Assembly (NCBI GenBank): GCA_963696385.1
Contig: CAVOKF010000006.1
Coordinates: forward strand, 160,001 to 224,000
Length of the DNA: 64,000 nucleotides
From: an uncultured delta proteobacterium
GTDB taxonomy: Bacteria; Myxococcota_A; Polyangia; Polyangiales; Polyangiaceae
Reading direction: 5' to 3'
Each line of letters starts with the position of its first letter. Position 1 is the stretch's first letter. The translations under genes were made by a program, and so were the position numbers. Under the pieces are notes generated by a model. The model searched no databases and had not been told where the DNA came from. It worked only from the letters and a program-made list of their open reading frames with translations. This document shows positions 11,154 through 21,609 of the stretch, piece by piece.

Positions 11154-12731
11154 TCAGCGCGCGACCGATCGCAGCTCGGCTTCGGAGGCCAGCAGGTCTC
11201 GTCGCGGGTCGGCGGCCGCGCGGGCAACGAGCTCGGGGTATGCCGGGCCGCCGTGCTCCGCCACATCCATGCCCTGTCGCTCGCGCTCGGCCGAAAGACG
11301 GAGCACACCGGCTGCTTTGAGGCCAGCCATCATCAGCAAGGAGGTCACGAAGGTCGCCGTCGTGATGGCGGCGCTGCCCACGGCCTGGGCGCTGAGCTGC
11401 CCCGTGCCGCCCCCGTAAAAGAGCCCAACCACCAGGGATTCGGCCGAGGTGTCCGCCCCGTACGGTCCCGGTGCCCCGTATTGGCCGGTCGCGAAGAGTC
11501 CCAAGCTCAGCGTTCCCCAGATCCCGCAGACTCCGTGGACCGAGACCGCGCCTACCGGATCGTCGATTCGCAGAAACTCGAAAAAGTCGACCGAGAGGAC
11601 GCAGAGGATGCCTGCGACTGCGCCGAGGATGAGGGCTCCCGAGGGGGAGACCCAGTAGCAAGGGCAGGTGATCGCCACCAGGCCCGCCAAGAAGCCATTC
11701 ACGGTGATGCCGCAGTCCCAGTATCGGGCGCGCGCATACACGCAGAAAAGCGCAGACAGTCCACCTCCGCATGCCGCAAGAGTCGTATTGGTGGCGACGC
11801 GCCCAATGCCTTGCAGATCCATGGCCGAGAGCGTGCTTCCCGGGTTGAAACCATACCAGCCAAACCAGAGGATGACCCCGCCCACCGCCGCGAGCGTCAT
11901 ATTGTGTCCGGCCATGATGCCGCCTCCGTCGCGCGCGAACCGGCGGCCGAGGCGGGGGCCGAGGGCCATCGCCCCGGTCAGCGCGACGGCGCCGCCAATC
12001 GTGTGAACCACGGTGGATCCGGCAAAGTCGTGGAAGGCGAGAGGCTTGATCGCCGTCAGCCATCCATCGGGACCCCAAGCCCAATGACCGAAGATCGGGT
12101 AGATGAAACCGCTGACGCCGACGCTGTACCAAAGGTCGCCCACGAAGGCCGTCCGACCTACCATGGCGCCCGACGTGATCGTGCTACACGTATCGGCGAA
12201 GGCGAACTGAAACAACCAGAAGGCCAGCATGGGCACGCCGGTCGACCCGTATGTCTCCGGTGTTCCGTGCAAAAAAAAGTATTCGTGGCCGATGAACCCG
12301 TTGCCCGAGCCGAACATGAACGCGAATCCGAACGCGAAAAAAAGAACACCGCACAGGCAGGTGTCGACGATTCCCTCGAGCAGAACGTTGACGGTCTCTC
12401 GGGTCCTGGAGAATCCGGCCTCGAGAAAGAGAAACCCTGCCTGCATGAAGAAGACGAGGAATGCAGCCGTGAGGGTCCAGGCCGTGTTCAGGGGATTGAC
12501 GCATTCGGAGTGCGGGGGCGTCTGCTCGGCGGCGTAGGCACAGTGCCCGAAGTAGGAGGGAATTCCCCAGGCCAGCGTAAGCACCAACGCGAGGCCGATC
12601 GCCTTTCCGGCGACGATGGCATAGAAGACGCGGCGCGATTCACGCCGGCTCCACCCATCGGCCGCCCGCCGTATCGAACCGAACAAGGACCCAGGCGATT
12701 CCCAAAGGATCATCGAACTGGGCCTTACCAT
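11154..12731 (-). CDS. amt: Ammonium transporter (Amt family)
   Basis: FMQAGFLFLEAG, HDFAGSTVVH, WFGWYGFNPGS, DDPVGAVSVHG (twin His); start uncertain. Confidence 0.95.
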   Translation of the reverse strand: MVRPSSMILWESPGSLFGSIRRAADGWSRRESRRVFYAIVAGKAIGLALVLTLAWGIPSYFGHCAYAAEQTPPHSECVNPLNTAWTLTAAFLVFFMQAGFLFLEAGFSRTRETVNVLLEGIVDTCLCGVLFFAFGFAFMFGSGNGFIGHEYFFLHGTPETYGSTGVPMLAFWLFQFAFADTCSTITSGAMVGRTAFVGDLWYSVGVSGFIYPIFGHWAWGPDGWLTAIKPLAFHDFAGSTVVHTIGGAVALTGAMALGPRLGRRFARDGGGIMAGHNMTLAAVGGVILWFGWYGFNPGSTLSAMDLQGIGRVATNTTLAACGGGLSALFCVYARARYWDCGITVNGFLAGLVAITCPCYWVSPSGALILGAVAGILCVLSVDFFEFLRIDDPVGAVSVHGVCGIWGTLSLGLFATGQYGAPGPYGADTSAESLVVGLFYGGGTGQLSAQAVGSAAITTATFVTSLLMMAGLKAAGVLRLSAERERQGMDVAEHGGPAYPELVARAAADPRRDLLASEAELRSVAR

Positions 12732-12778
12732 TCGGGTGATTTCGACATGGTTTCGCGGTCCCGCCCTCCCTACGACCC

Positions 12779-14437
12779 ATGAGCTGCCAAGCCCCCTCGT
12801 TTCTCGACTACACGCCTATCGCCCTCGCCTTCGGGACCAGTGGCCTTCGCGGGCTCGTGCAAGACATCACGGATCTCGAGGCGTACATCAACGTCAAAGG
12901 CGGGCTGCGCTATCTGCTGTCGACAGGCGACATCCCGCCCGACAGCCGCGTGATCCTGGCCGGCGATCTGCGGCCGAGCACCGATCGGCTCCTCATCGCG
13001 GTCGCCCGGGCTATCGTCGACGCCGGTTGCGGCGTGGAGAATGCGGGGAAGATCCCCACGCCGGCGCTCGTGGCGCGCGCGATGGCCGAGCGCTGTGCCG
13101 GCGTCATGGTCACCGGCAGCCATATTCCCTTCGACCGAAACGGCATCAAGATCAACCGGAGCGTCGGCGAAGTCCTGAAGTCCGACGAAGCCGGAATCAC
13201 GCGGGAAGTCGAGCGGGTCCGGGCCGAGGAGTACGGGCGATCCGCGGGCGAGTCCGCCTTCGACTCCAAGGGCGGGCTGAAGACCCGCACGCCTCTTCCG
13301 CCGGTGGATCGTGCGGCCGAGGAAGCGTACGTCCGTCGTTACGTCAACGCCTTTGCGGGGGACGCGCTCGGAGGAATGCGCGTCGTCGTCTACCAGCACT
13401 CGGCGGTCGGTCGCGACATCCTGCCCCGGATCCTGGGTGCGATCGGCGCGGAGGTCGTCGTATCGGGCCGCAGCGATGCGTTCGTGGCCCTCGACACGGA
13501 GAATGTCGTCGGCGCTCAGCTCGACGTCCTCGATGCGCTCGCGATCGCCGCCGAGCGAGATGGCTTTCGCCCCCATGCCATCGTCTCGACGGACGGGGAT
13601 TCCGATCGGCCGCTCGTCGCGGCCGTCGTACCCGCCGAGGAGGCCGGACCCGCAGGACGACGCGTGCGCTTTCTGGCCGGCGATCTGCTGGGGATCGTCG
13701 TCGCCGAGCTGCTGTCGGCCCGCGCGGTGGCCGTGCCGATCAGCGCGAACGACGCCGTCCTTCGCCGCATGCGCGAGCGCGGCGTCCTGCTGCGGCAGAC
13801 CCAGATCGGCTCGCCCTACGTGATCGCGGCGATCGACGCGATGAAGCGCGAAGGGCGGGACCCGCCGATCGTCGGATGGGAGGCCAACGGGGGCTTTCTG
13901 ACGGGAAGCGACGTCGCGCTCGCCGGCGGTACGTTGGCGGCGCTTCCGACACGCGACTCCACCCTGCCGATCCTCGCAAACCTGTTCGCGGCCGCGCGCG
14001 AAGGGACGGCGTTGACCCGGATCTGGGACCGGCTGCCCGCGCGGTTCGGCCAATCGGGGCTCCTCGACGAAGTCCCCGTCGCGGTCACCCGTAAGCTCAT
14101 GGCGCGGCTGGTTCCACCGGGCGAGGTGGCGGAAATGGACTTCTCCGGCGCCGTGCCGCCTGCGTGGAACGAGTTGCGTGCGATGCTCGCGCGGGTCTTC
14201 GTCCCTGCGCTCGGCTTCGACGACATCGTGCGGATCAACGTCGTCGATGGTGTGCGGGTCACCTTCAAGAGCGGTGACGTGGCCCACGTGCGCCCGTCGG
14301 GCAACGCGCCGCAGCTGCGCATTTACGCCAACAGCGACTCGCAAGCGCGAGCCGATCGGATCGTGGCCGACGGGCTACGGGAGCCCGACGGAATCCTCCG
14401 CAGGCTCGTGTCCTCTTGCGCGCCGCCCGAGTCCTGA
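12779..14437 (+). CDS. Phosphomannomutase / alpha-D-phosphohexomutase
   Basis: FGTSGLRG, VTGSHIPFDRNGIK, STDGDSDR, GWEANGG, HVRPSGNAPQLRIY. Confidence 0.93.
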   Translation: MSCQAPSFLDYTPIALAFGTSGLRGLVQDITDLEAYINVKGGLRYLLSTGDIPPDSRVILAGDLRPSTDRLLIAVARAIVDAGCGVENAGKIPTPALVARAMAERCAGVMVTGSHIPFDRNGIKINRSVGEVLKSDEAGITREVERVRAEEYGRSAGESAFDSKGGLKTRTPLPPVDRAAEEAYVRRYVNAFAGDALGGMRVVVYQHSAVGRDILPRILGAIGAEVVVSGRSDAFVALDTENVVGAQLDVLDALAIAAERDGFRPHAIVSTDGDSDRPLVAAVVPAEEAGPAGRRVRFLAGDLLGIVVAELLSARAVAVPISANDAVLRRMRERGVLLRQTQIGSPYVIAAIDAMKREGRDPPIVGWEANGGFLTGSDVALAGGTLAALPTRDSTLPILANLFAAAREGTALTRIWDRLPARFGQSGLLDEVPVAVTRKLMARLVPPGEVAEMDFSGAVPPAWNELRAMLARVFVPALGFDDIVRINVVDGVRVTFKSGDVAHVRPSGNAPQLRIYANSDSQARADRIVADGLREPDGILRRLVSSCAPPES

Positions 14438-14528
14438 CACATCGGATCGTGGCCGACGGGCTACGGGAGCCTGACGGAATCCTCCGCACGCTCGTGTCCT
14501 TCTGCGCGCCGCCCGAGTCCTGAGACAT
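14355..14528. repeat. 86-bp tandem duplication spanning the phosphomannomutase stop codon
   Basis: ATCGGATCGTGGCCGACGGGCTACGGGAGC... at 14355 and 14441, with a few mismatches. Confidence 0.92.
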
Positions 14529-14607
14529 TCGACGCGATCGAACCGTCGTGCCGCGATCCGAGGTGAAGGCCGCCCTAGCGGCGGTGGGCACCTCGGACGG
14601 CTTCCGT

Positions 14608-16809
14608 TTACTGGCACGCGCTATTTTGGCAGGTCGACGGGGCGACGCATGTCGTGCCGCAAGCCCCGCAATCGGTATTGCTCGTGGTCGTGTCGACGCA
14701 GCTCCCGTCGCAATTGGTAAACGGGGCGGCGCAGACGCACTGGCTGTCTACGCACGTGAGGTTGTTCCCGCAGTCCGCGCCGCAATAGCCGCAGTTGGCC
14801 TTGCTGCTGGTCAGGTCGACGCAGTCGGCTCCGCAGGGCGCTTCGCCCGACAGACACTGAATCACGCACGTCGCGTCGGAGCATCGAGGGGCCGTCCCAG
14901 GGCAACGGTTGCCGCACGAGCCGCAGTCGGCGTTGCTCGACTGCAGATCCTCGCAGTCTCCGCGTCCCCGGAAACCTCTGCCTGCGCACTGGGTCAATCC
15001 CGTGGAGCACGTGCACTGACTGTTGAGGCATGTCGCGCCCACGTCGCACGCGACGCCGCATGCGCTGCAATTGGCCGCGCTCGTGGTGAGGTCGACGCAG
15101 GTCGACACCATCGCGCCGCCGGGGCCGGGCTCGGTACAAAGCGTCAGACCGCCCGTGCCGCAGCCCGCCACGCACGCTCCGCTCTGGCAGGTCGTCCCTT
15201 CGCGGCAGACATTGCCGCACCGGCCGCAATTGGCGTCGTCGCTCTGGGTGTTCGTGCACGTGTTGCGGCACTGCGTGTCGCCTTGCCCGCACTGGCAGGC
15301 CCCGTTCACGCAGCTCCCGCCGATCGGGCACTGGGCATTGCAACCGCCGCAATCGAGATTGTTGGTCGTCAAATCGACACACGCTCCCGCGCATTCGGTC
15401 AGCGACGGGCCCGCGTCTGCCGCCGCGTCGGCCGTCGTACAGGTGTTCGTGCACTGTCCCACGTTGCACACCAGGCCGGTGGCGCATGCATTCCCGCACG
15501 CGCCGCAGTTGGAGGGGTCGCTCGCGGTATCGGTGCACGCGCCGTCGCATGCGACGCCGCCGTTGGCGCAGGCGCACACGCCGGCTTGGCACTGAAATCC
15601 GTTGCCGCATCGTGTGTTGCAACTGCCGCAATTGGCGTTGTCCGACTGCGCATCGACGCAGACCCCGCCGCACTGGAGGTCGCCGGACGCACAAATGCAC
15701 TGTGCGTTGGAGCACACCGTACCGACCGGACAGGTGACCCCGCACCCTCCGCAGTTGTTGGAGTCGGCCGTGTCGGGGATGCAGTTGCCGCTGCACAAGG
15801 CCTGGCCGGCGGGGCACGTGCACGCTCCGTCGACGCACGCCGATCCGCCGCCGCACACAGTGCCGCACGCGCCGCAGTTGGCGTTGTCCGAGGTCGTGTC
15901 GACGCAGGCGCCGCCGCAGTTCGCGACGCCTCCCGCGTCGGGACACGACACGATGCACACGGCGCCCGAGCACACTTGTTCTTGACCGCACGCAGCGCCG
16001 CACGCGCCGCAGTGGGTCGGGCTCGAAGCCAGGTCGACGCACTGCCCCTCGCACAGCGCGGGCAGGGTCCCGCCGGTGCACGTGCAATCGCCGCCCTGGC
16101 ATTGCTGGCCACCGGTGCAGGCGACTCCGCACGAGCCACAATGGTTCGCATTCGTCAGAAGGTCGATGCAGGCGCCGTCGCAATTGACCAGCGTGAGTCC
16201 CGCTTCGGTATCGCACGACAGGGCGCATGCGCCGTCCAGGCACACGTCGCCGCCCGGGCAGACCTTGCCGCAACCGCCGCAATTGGCGGGGTCCGTAAAC
16301 GTATCGACACAGAGCGAATTGCAGACGCTGGTATTGCCCAGGGGGCAAACCGCTCCGTCTGGTTGAGTGAGGACGACCGGCGAATCCGCGACGGCGTCCA
16401 GGGGGGGGCTCGAGTCGAGGCCTTCCGTCCCGTCTACAGTGTTTGCGTCACCGGGCCGCGCTCCGTCGGCCGTGGATATCGCATCGGCCGTGGATATGGC
16501 GTCGGCCGTGGATATCGCATCGGTGGCCGACTTCGCGTCTGCGGGCGTCGCGTCGGGGGTCTCGCGGACGGTGCAGCTCGAACCGGATCCGGACGGAGAG
16601 CACACAGCGCCGTCGGGGGCTGTGCTGCTCGAGCTTGTGTTGGTCGAGATCGTGCTCGTCGCCCGAGAGACGGCGCTCGCGTCGTCGGTCACGAGGATCA
16701 CGTCGCCTTCCAGCGAGGATCGGCCGCATGCGCCGGCGGGAGCGCCCAGCGCAAGGACACAAAGTAGGCGTAGGGCGCCGATAAGAAAGTGTCGCCAGGT
16801 CATCGTCAT
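14608..16809 (-). CDS. Cys-rich repeat lipoprotein (about 13 CVDxxxDxxNCGxCGxxC units)
   Basis: Lipobox-like AGAC, Ser/Thr/DA-rich linker, repeated Cys modules typical of myxobacterial surface proteins. Confidence 0.85.
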   Translation of the reverse strand: MTMTWRHFLIGALRLLCVLALGAPAGACGRSSLEGDVILVTDDASAVSRATSTISTNTSSSSTAPDGAVCSPSGSGSSCTVRETPDATPADAKSATDAISTADAISTADAISTADGARPGDANTVDGTEGLDSSPPLDAVADSPVVLTQPDGAVCPLGNTSVCNSLCVDTFTDPANCGGCGKVCPGGDVCLDGACALSCDTEAGLTLVNCDGACIDLLTNANHCGSCGVACTGGQQCQGGDCTCTGGTLPALCEGQCVDLASSPTHCGACGAACGQEQVCSGAVCIVSCPDAGGVANCGGACVDTTSDNANCGACGTVCGGGSACVDGACTCPAGQALCSGNCIPDTADSNNCGGCGVTCPVGTVCSNAQCICASGDLQCGGVCVDAQSDNANCGSCNTRCGNGFQCQAGVCACANGGVACDGACTDTASDPSNCGACGNACATGLVCNVGQCTNTCTTADAAADAGPSLTECAGACVDLTTNNLDCGGCNAQCPIGGSCVNGACQCGQGDTQCRNTCTNTQSDDANCGRCGNVCREGTTCQSGACVAGCGTGGLTLCTEPGPGGAMVSTCVDLTTSAANCSACGVACDVGATCLNSQCTCSTGLTQCAGRGFRGRGDCEDLQSSNADCGSCGNRCPGTAPRCSDATCVIQCLSGEAPCGADCVDLTSSKANCGYCGADCGNNLTCVDSQCVCAAPFTNCDGSCVDTTTSNTDCGACGTTCVAPSTCQNSACQ

Positions 16810-17156
16810 TGCCTGCTATGTCGCTCATGGTACCGTGAGCCCGGTCGCGCGCGCCTGGTTTCGGTCGCAGAGACCACGTCACTGTCAACTGCCGCTCGCG
16901 CTGTATTCTCGCCGCGCGTGGGGGTCGCAAACCAAGCGCTGGCCGCCGATGTCGCCTGGACGACAGCGTGTCCGCGCCTCCTACAGCGGGCCCGTCCCGA
17001 GTTCACCCTTCGGGGTCACCCTGCGGGGCACTCCGTAGGTTCTCGGGCGCCGCGGGGGATGGGGCCGGCGATCGTCCGGCGGCGAAGGCTACGCCCCGGG
17101 CGCGGCCGTGATCCGAGGGCGCCGACCGGACGGTCGTCGATGTCGGCCGCCGCCAT

Positions 17157-17951
17157 TCAAACGAAGCGAAGACGACTTGGCTCGCAGAGCGGCCGTGCGG
17201 CCTCCCGAAGCGCGCGATCGAGCAGGTCGGCCCATGGCTCCTGCTGGTCGCCGCTCGTGATGAGATCCTGACGGACTTCCAATTCGACGTATGGGTGTCC
17301 GCGTTTCTCGGCATGGTTCGGCACGCCGTAGTCCGTGAGGTCGCTCAGGGAGTACGGCTCGTTGTCGCCCACGTTCAGCCCTTCGCCTCGCAGATGGGAA
17401 AGCAACCGATCGGCCAGGCGTCGATCTCGATTGGACAGCACGCCGCACGGCCAGGGTCGGTCGACGCCCCCCAACCGCGGCGTGAAGCTGTGCATCGCGA
17501 TGAAGATGACCGGCCGCATCGCGCGCTCGCGCCGCGTGATCTCTTGTTCGATGCGCGCGTGATACGGGCGGAATATCTCGTTTGCGCGTGCTTCGGCCTC
17601 GAGGGCGGACAGGTTGCGATTGCCCGGTATGGGCGTGCGATCGCTTTCGACTGCAATCGAGCTCGGGGCGTCGAGCGGTCGATTGCAATCGATCACGAGT
17701 CGCGAATACGTTTGAACGACGAGAAACGCGCCGAGCCGTCGGGCGAGCTGCTCGGAGAGCGCGCCGATCCCGATGTCCCACGCGATGTGGCGCTCTCGAT
17801 CCCCAGCCGACAGGCCGAGCGTACCGAGCGCGCGCGGAATGAGGCGCCCGGCATGGTCTGCCGTCATCACGAAGGGCGTGTCCGATCCGCTGTCGATCAC
17901 GCGAAAGGGCGGGGGATCCTCTCGGGTCAAGAGGCGGGTGGGCCAGCTCAT
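17157..17951 (-). CDS. N-formylglutamate amidohydrolase family protein
   Basis: TADHAG, HIAWDIG, YSRLVIDCNR, MHSFTP, VGDNEPY, ELEVRQDLI. Confidence 0.9.
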   Translation of the reverse strand: MSWPTRLLTREDPPPFRVIDSGSDTPFVMTADHAGRLIPRALGTLGLSAGDRERHIAWDIGIGALSEQLARRLGAFLVVQTYSRLVIDCNRPLDAPSSIAVESDRTPIPGNRNLSALEAEARANEIFRPYHARIEQEITRRERAMRPVIFIAMHSFTPRLGGVDRPWPCGVLSNRDRRLADRLLSHLRGEGLNVGDNEPYSLSDLTDYGVPNHAEKRGHPYVELEVRQDLITSGDQQEPWADLLDRALREAARPLCEPSRLRFV

Positions 17952-18179
17952 CGGAGTGCACCTAGGGTCGGCAGATTCCGTGCCGCCGTCAACCCGCGCA
18001 TCCGTCTGGTGGGGCGCCTTGAGACGGCCCCTGGTCAACTCCACGAGCTTTCCGGGTCGGTCTCGCCCGCGACCAGGGCGTCGAAGGTGGCCGCGTGCCG
18101 CGCGGAGCGCTGCCGCGGAAGCGGGAATGAGAAGCGGCCTCTTGACCTTCGCGCGGCTCAAGCGTTGGCGTGCCGGGAC

Positions 18180-18597
18180 TCATTCGGTGGAAGTGTCTCC
18201 GGTCGCCGTCGCGTCGGTTGCCGTCGCGTCGGTTGCCGTCGCGTCGTCAATCTCTGCCCCTACGCCGCCGTCCGTCTCCTCGGCCGTAACGGGACCGTCC
18301 AGAATCTTCTCGGTCCGCGGGTAGACAACATAGAAGGATGGTGTTCTCGCACAGAGCGGTGTTCTGCTGAGGGGGAGGACACCCTTGGGTATACGGTACA
18401 CACGTCCCCCCAAGCGACGTGCAGCCTACCGTGCTGCCGTCCTGGGCCGTGAGTGCCTCTCCCGAGTCTTGAGCGGCTGCCGATGCCGCCTGGTTGCTGC
18501 ACGCCCCCAGCAGCAGGAGCGACGCCGTCATCCAAAACGGGGAACCGCGTGCCGCCCAAGCACGGTCACGAAAGTCGAAGGTGATCGATGGGGTCAC
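18180..18597 (-). CDS. Small Cys-containing lipoprotein, probably frameshifted near 18300
   Basis: LLLLGAC lipobox and CxxLGGxC...CC module; a DAT-repeat tail lies in another frame. Confidence 0.45.
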
Positions 18598-18817
18598 GCG
18601 GGCCGCACTTTCGGTCCATCCTCGTGCCGAGGAAGACTTCGCCCTTCTCGCGCTGATTGGCGCGGGCGTCCAGCGGCATCGGCCCGGTGTCTTCGCCGGC
18701 GGTATCCCGAGGTGGGCGAGTCTGGTCTCCGTCTACGCGCCGGGGCTGCCGTTCGAGCGTGACGCACCAAGCGGAGTGTGATGTGCTTCACGGATCCACA
18801 AAAGGGGAGATTTTTTC

Positions 18818-19336
18818 ATGATCCAATCTGTTCGTGTTTCCATCGGGCCGTCGAATCTGGGCGCTCTGGCCGCCATCGGCGCGATCGTGGCTTGCTTGGC
18901 TTGCGGCGGCGGGTCGTCCGGTAGCCCCGGCGGCGGGGGCGGCAACACGACGCCCGGCGCAACATGCTCCCTCGCAGCCGGGAACTACACCTCGCACAGT
19001 GTCCTGCAGAGCGGGTCGAGTGCGGGATGCCCGACCCTGATGGATGAATCGGTGCCGATCACGGGCAGCGAAAGCGCATCGAGCCTCAGCGCCTTCATGA
19101 CTTCTACGACGAGCGGGACGGACGGGGGCCCCTCGTGCACGACCTCGCAATCCGGCTGCACCGTCACGCAGATGTGTTCGGAAAGCACGACCGGAGCGAC
19201 GAGCCAGGTCTCGGTGATCTTCACCGTGGCCAACGACTCGGCCAGTGGCACAGAGACGATTCAAGAGATGGTGATGGAGTCCGGCATCTCCGTTTCCCTG
19301 AGCTGCACGTACGCCGTCACGCTGACGCAGACGTAG
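18818..19336 (+). CDS. Hypothetical lipoprotein
   Basis: RBS GGGGAG, ACLAC lipobox, Gly/Ser linker, Cys/Thr-rich domain; the stop TAG overlaps the MITE end. Confidence 0.7.
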   Translation: MIQSVRVSIGPSNLGALAAIGAIVACLACGGGSSGSPGGGGGNTTPGATCSLAAGNYTSHSVLQSGSSAGCPTLMDESVPITGSESASSLSAFMTSTTSGTDGGPSCTTSQSGCTVTQMCSESTTGATSQVSVIFTVANDSASGTETIQEMVMESGISVSLSCTYAVTLTQT

Positions 19337-19430
19337 TCCCTCGATTCCATGAAACGGAGGGGTGAGACCACCTGATCCCGTCGGGAGGTTCGCGGAAAAC
19401 GACCCTTCCACTCCGCGGAATCGAGGTACT
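19335..19430. mobile_element. 96-bp MITE/REP-like element, copy B
   Basis: AGTCCCTCGATTCC...GGAATCGAGGTACT; homologous to 9492-9587. Confidence 0.8.
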
Positions 19431-19786
19431 CGTTCCTCGATTTCGCGGAAGGAAACGGGGGTCTGCTGAAACAGACGGAGACGCGGAGTCGCGGCCGAAG
19501 GCGTCCATCGGAAGCGTCGTCGGCGTTCCCCTCGGCGTCCCCTGCCTCCGCAGCGTCCATGCCGCCATCGGTGACTAGGGGAACCCACGCGGCGACCCGG
19601 CATGGGCAACACGCTATTCGCCGTCGAGGACATGAACTCTGCCTGGTAGTCCGGTACCGGAGGCGTCGAACGTCGCCGTCAGCGATAGGCTGAGGGGGGT
19701 TACTATGGGTACGGTAAATCAGGGGACGGATGGGCGCGCGCCGACGGCGCGTTTCCTGGATACGGCAGAACCCGATGGCAGGTCCG

Positions 19787-21545
19787 TCATGGATGGACGG
19801 TGCCCTGAGGATTTGGGAGGCTCACGCCGGCTTTCGGGATGTAAATCCACACCTCTCCGGCCGTTGCGCGATGCACCTCGCGACACGCGAGCGGCCAGGG
19901 GACCGTACAGGTCGCTCGGAGCGCCCGAACGTACCCGAGCGACCCGTCGAGCAACCCTCGGAACAAGGCGTGCGATTGCGCGTCCCGGTATTGGGCGAGC
20001 GCATACGACAAGGCCCGAGCCGGTGGAATCCGTGGCCGCCTCGTTGCTGAGCTCGGTGGCGAGGACGATGGCACTCGGCGCGCGCGGACGCGGGTCCATC
20101 GCCGGGTCGATGAGCTCCTCGACCCCGGCGATTCGTTCGCGGTCGGCGATCGGCTCGATGCCCGGACGCACGGCCGCGATCTGGGTCGGGATGCGCGGCA
20201 GAAAAATCGGGCCGCCGTAGACCTCGACGTGGGTGCCCGCCGGAAGCGTCGCCAAGTAGCGCTCCGCCACGTACCGAGAGTCGTTGAGGAGCGTCGCGTC
20301 GAGCGACGTGACACCGATCACGGCCGGGACCAACCCCGCGGCGGCGCAGGCCGCGAGGGCCATGTGCGCGCGCGGCCAGCGCACCCATGCGGCGTCGAAC
20401 GCAAGTGCCGCATAGGGCAGGGCAAAGAGGCTCTGCGGCAGCAGGAACCGGTCCTCGCTGCGGCGTGCCGCCAGCGTGAAGAACAAGGTGAACGAGACCG
20501 CGGCCGACAGCGGCAACAACGCGCGAACGCGGCTCACCCCGTGCTTCGACGTGACCGCGACCCCCACGCCCACAAGGGCTGCCACGGCCACGAGTCCCGA
20601 GGTGAACCGAGGCGTTGCGGCGACGGCGTCATGCGTCAGCGCCATCGCGCCTCGCAGGCTGCGCGGGTATCCGGCCCACGTCTGGCTCGCCGGCCCGAGC
20701 AGAAACGCCACTCGGTGCGCGAACCCGACCGGGTTCACGAGCGCCCCCGAGATCACCGCGTACACGACCGCCGCGCGCACGACGGCGTCGCGTACGGCCG
20801 GACGTGCCACGGGGATCCTCAGGGTCTTCGGGCTCACGACGAACGCCAGCACGAAGGGAATCAGGAGCGCCGCCGCCGCCTGGTCCTTGGTGAGCACCGC
20901 CGCCGTTGCGAGCAGAAGGGCCCGCGTTTCGCGCGGCTCGCCGGACATCACTCGGTCCATCTCGACGAGTGCACCGGTGACCCAGAAAAGATATGGAACG
21001 TCGACGTTGCCCGTGTGCGCGTAGTAGACGAACGTCGCGTTCGCGGCGACGACGATTCCGGCTCCGAGCCCGACACGCGGCCCGGCAAGGCGCGTCCAGA
21101 GGCGCATCGTGTTCCACAGCGCGCCGAGGGCCATCGCGACGGCGACCGCTCGTGCCCCGAGCTCGATGCCCGTCATGTAGAGCGGCCGGATCAATTCGTT
21201 GCTCAGCGCCCCGACTTGCGTTCCGACGCGAATCGCGGCCGCCGCCATCCACGGCAACGACAGGACCGTCAGGATCGCCATGTGAAGCGGCGGGTACGTA
21301 TGGAAGTGCCCCGGCGTGTACGTCTCGACAATCGCGCCCAGTCCGCACGAGCGAGGCGAGATGGCGTCGGTGGCCCATGAATCGGATCCCGGCAGTCCCC
21401 ACGTGATGCCGACCCCCATCGCCGACGCGGCCAGGGCGACGACGGCCATCTGCGGGTCGGCTGCGACGGAGGCTATGCGCGCGCGAAATCGGATTCGGTC
21501 TTGCGCAGGCTCGTGGCGACGTCCAAGAGCGGCCACCGGGGACAC
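19787..21545 (-). CDS. GT-C fold (GT39/ArnT/PMT-like) membrane glycosyltransferase, frameshift near 20020
   Basis: WATD, YPPLH, multiple TM helices, NVDVPYLFW, LTKDQ, EDRFLLP. A plausible C-terminus (..LSYALAQY..EVWIY) is in another frame ending at 19787. Confidence 0.7.
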
Positions 21546-21609
21546 GGTATCGATGCGGCGAATGCGAGTCGAGGGCGGAGACGGATCCCTTTATTCCGGG
21601 GCGGTGGAC

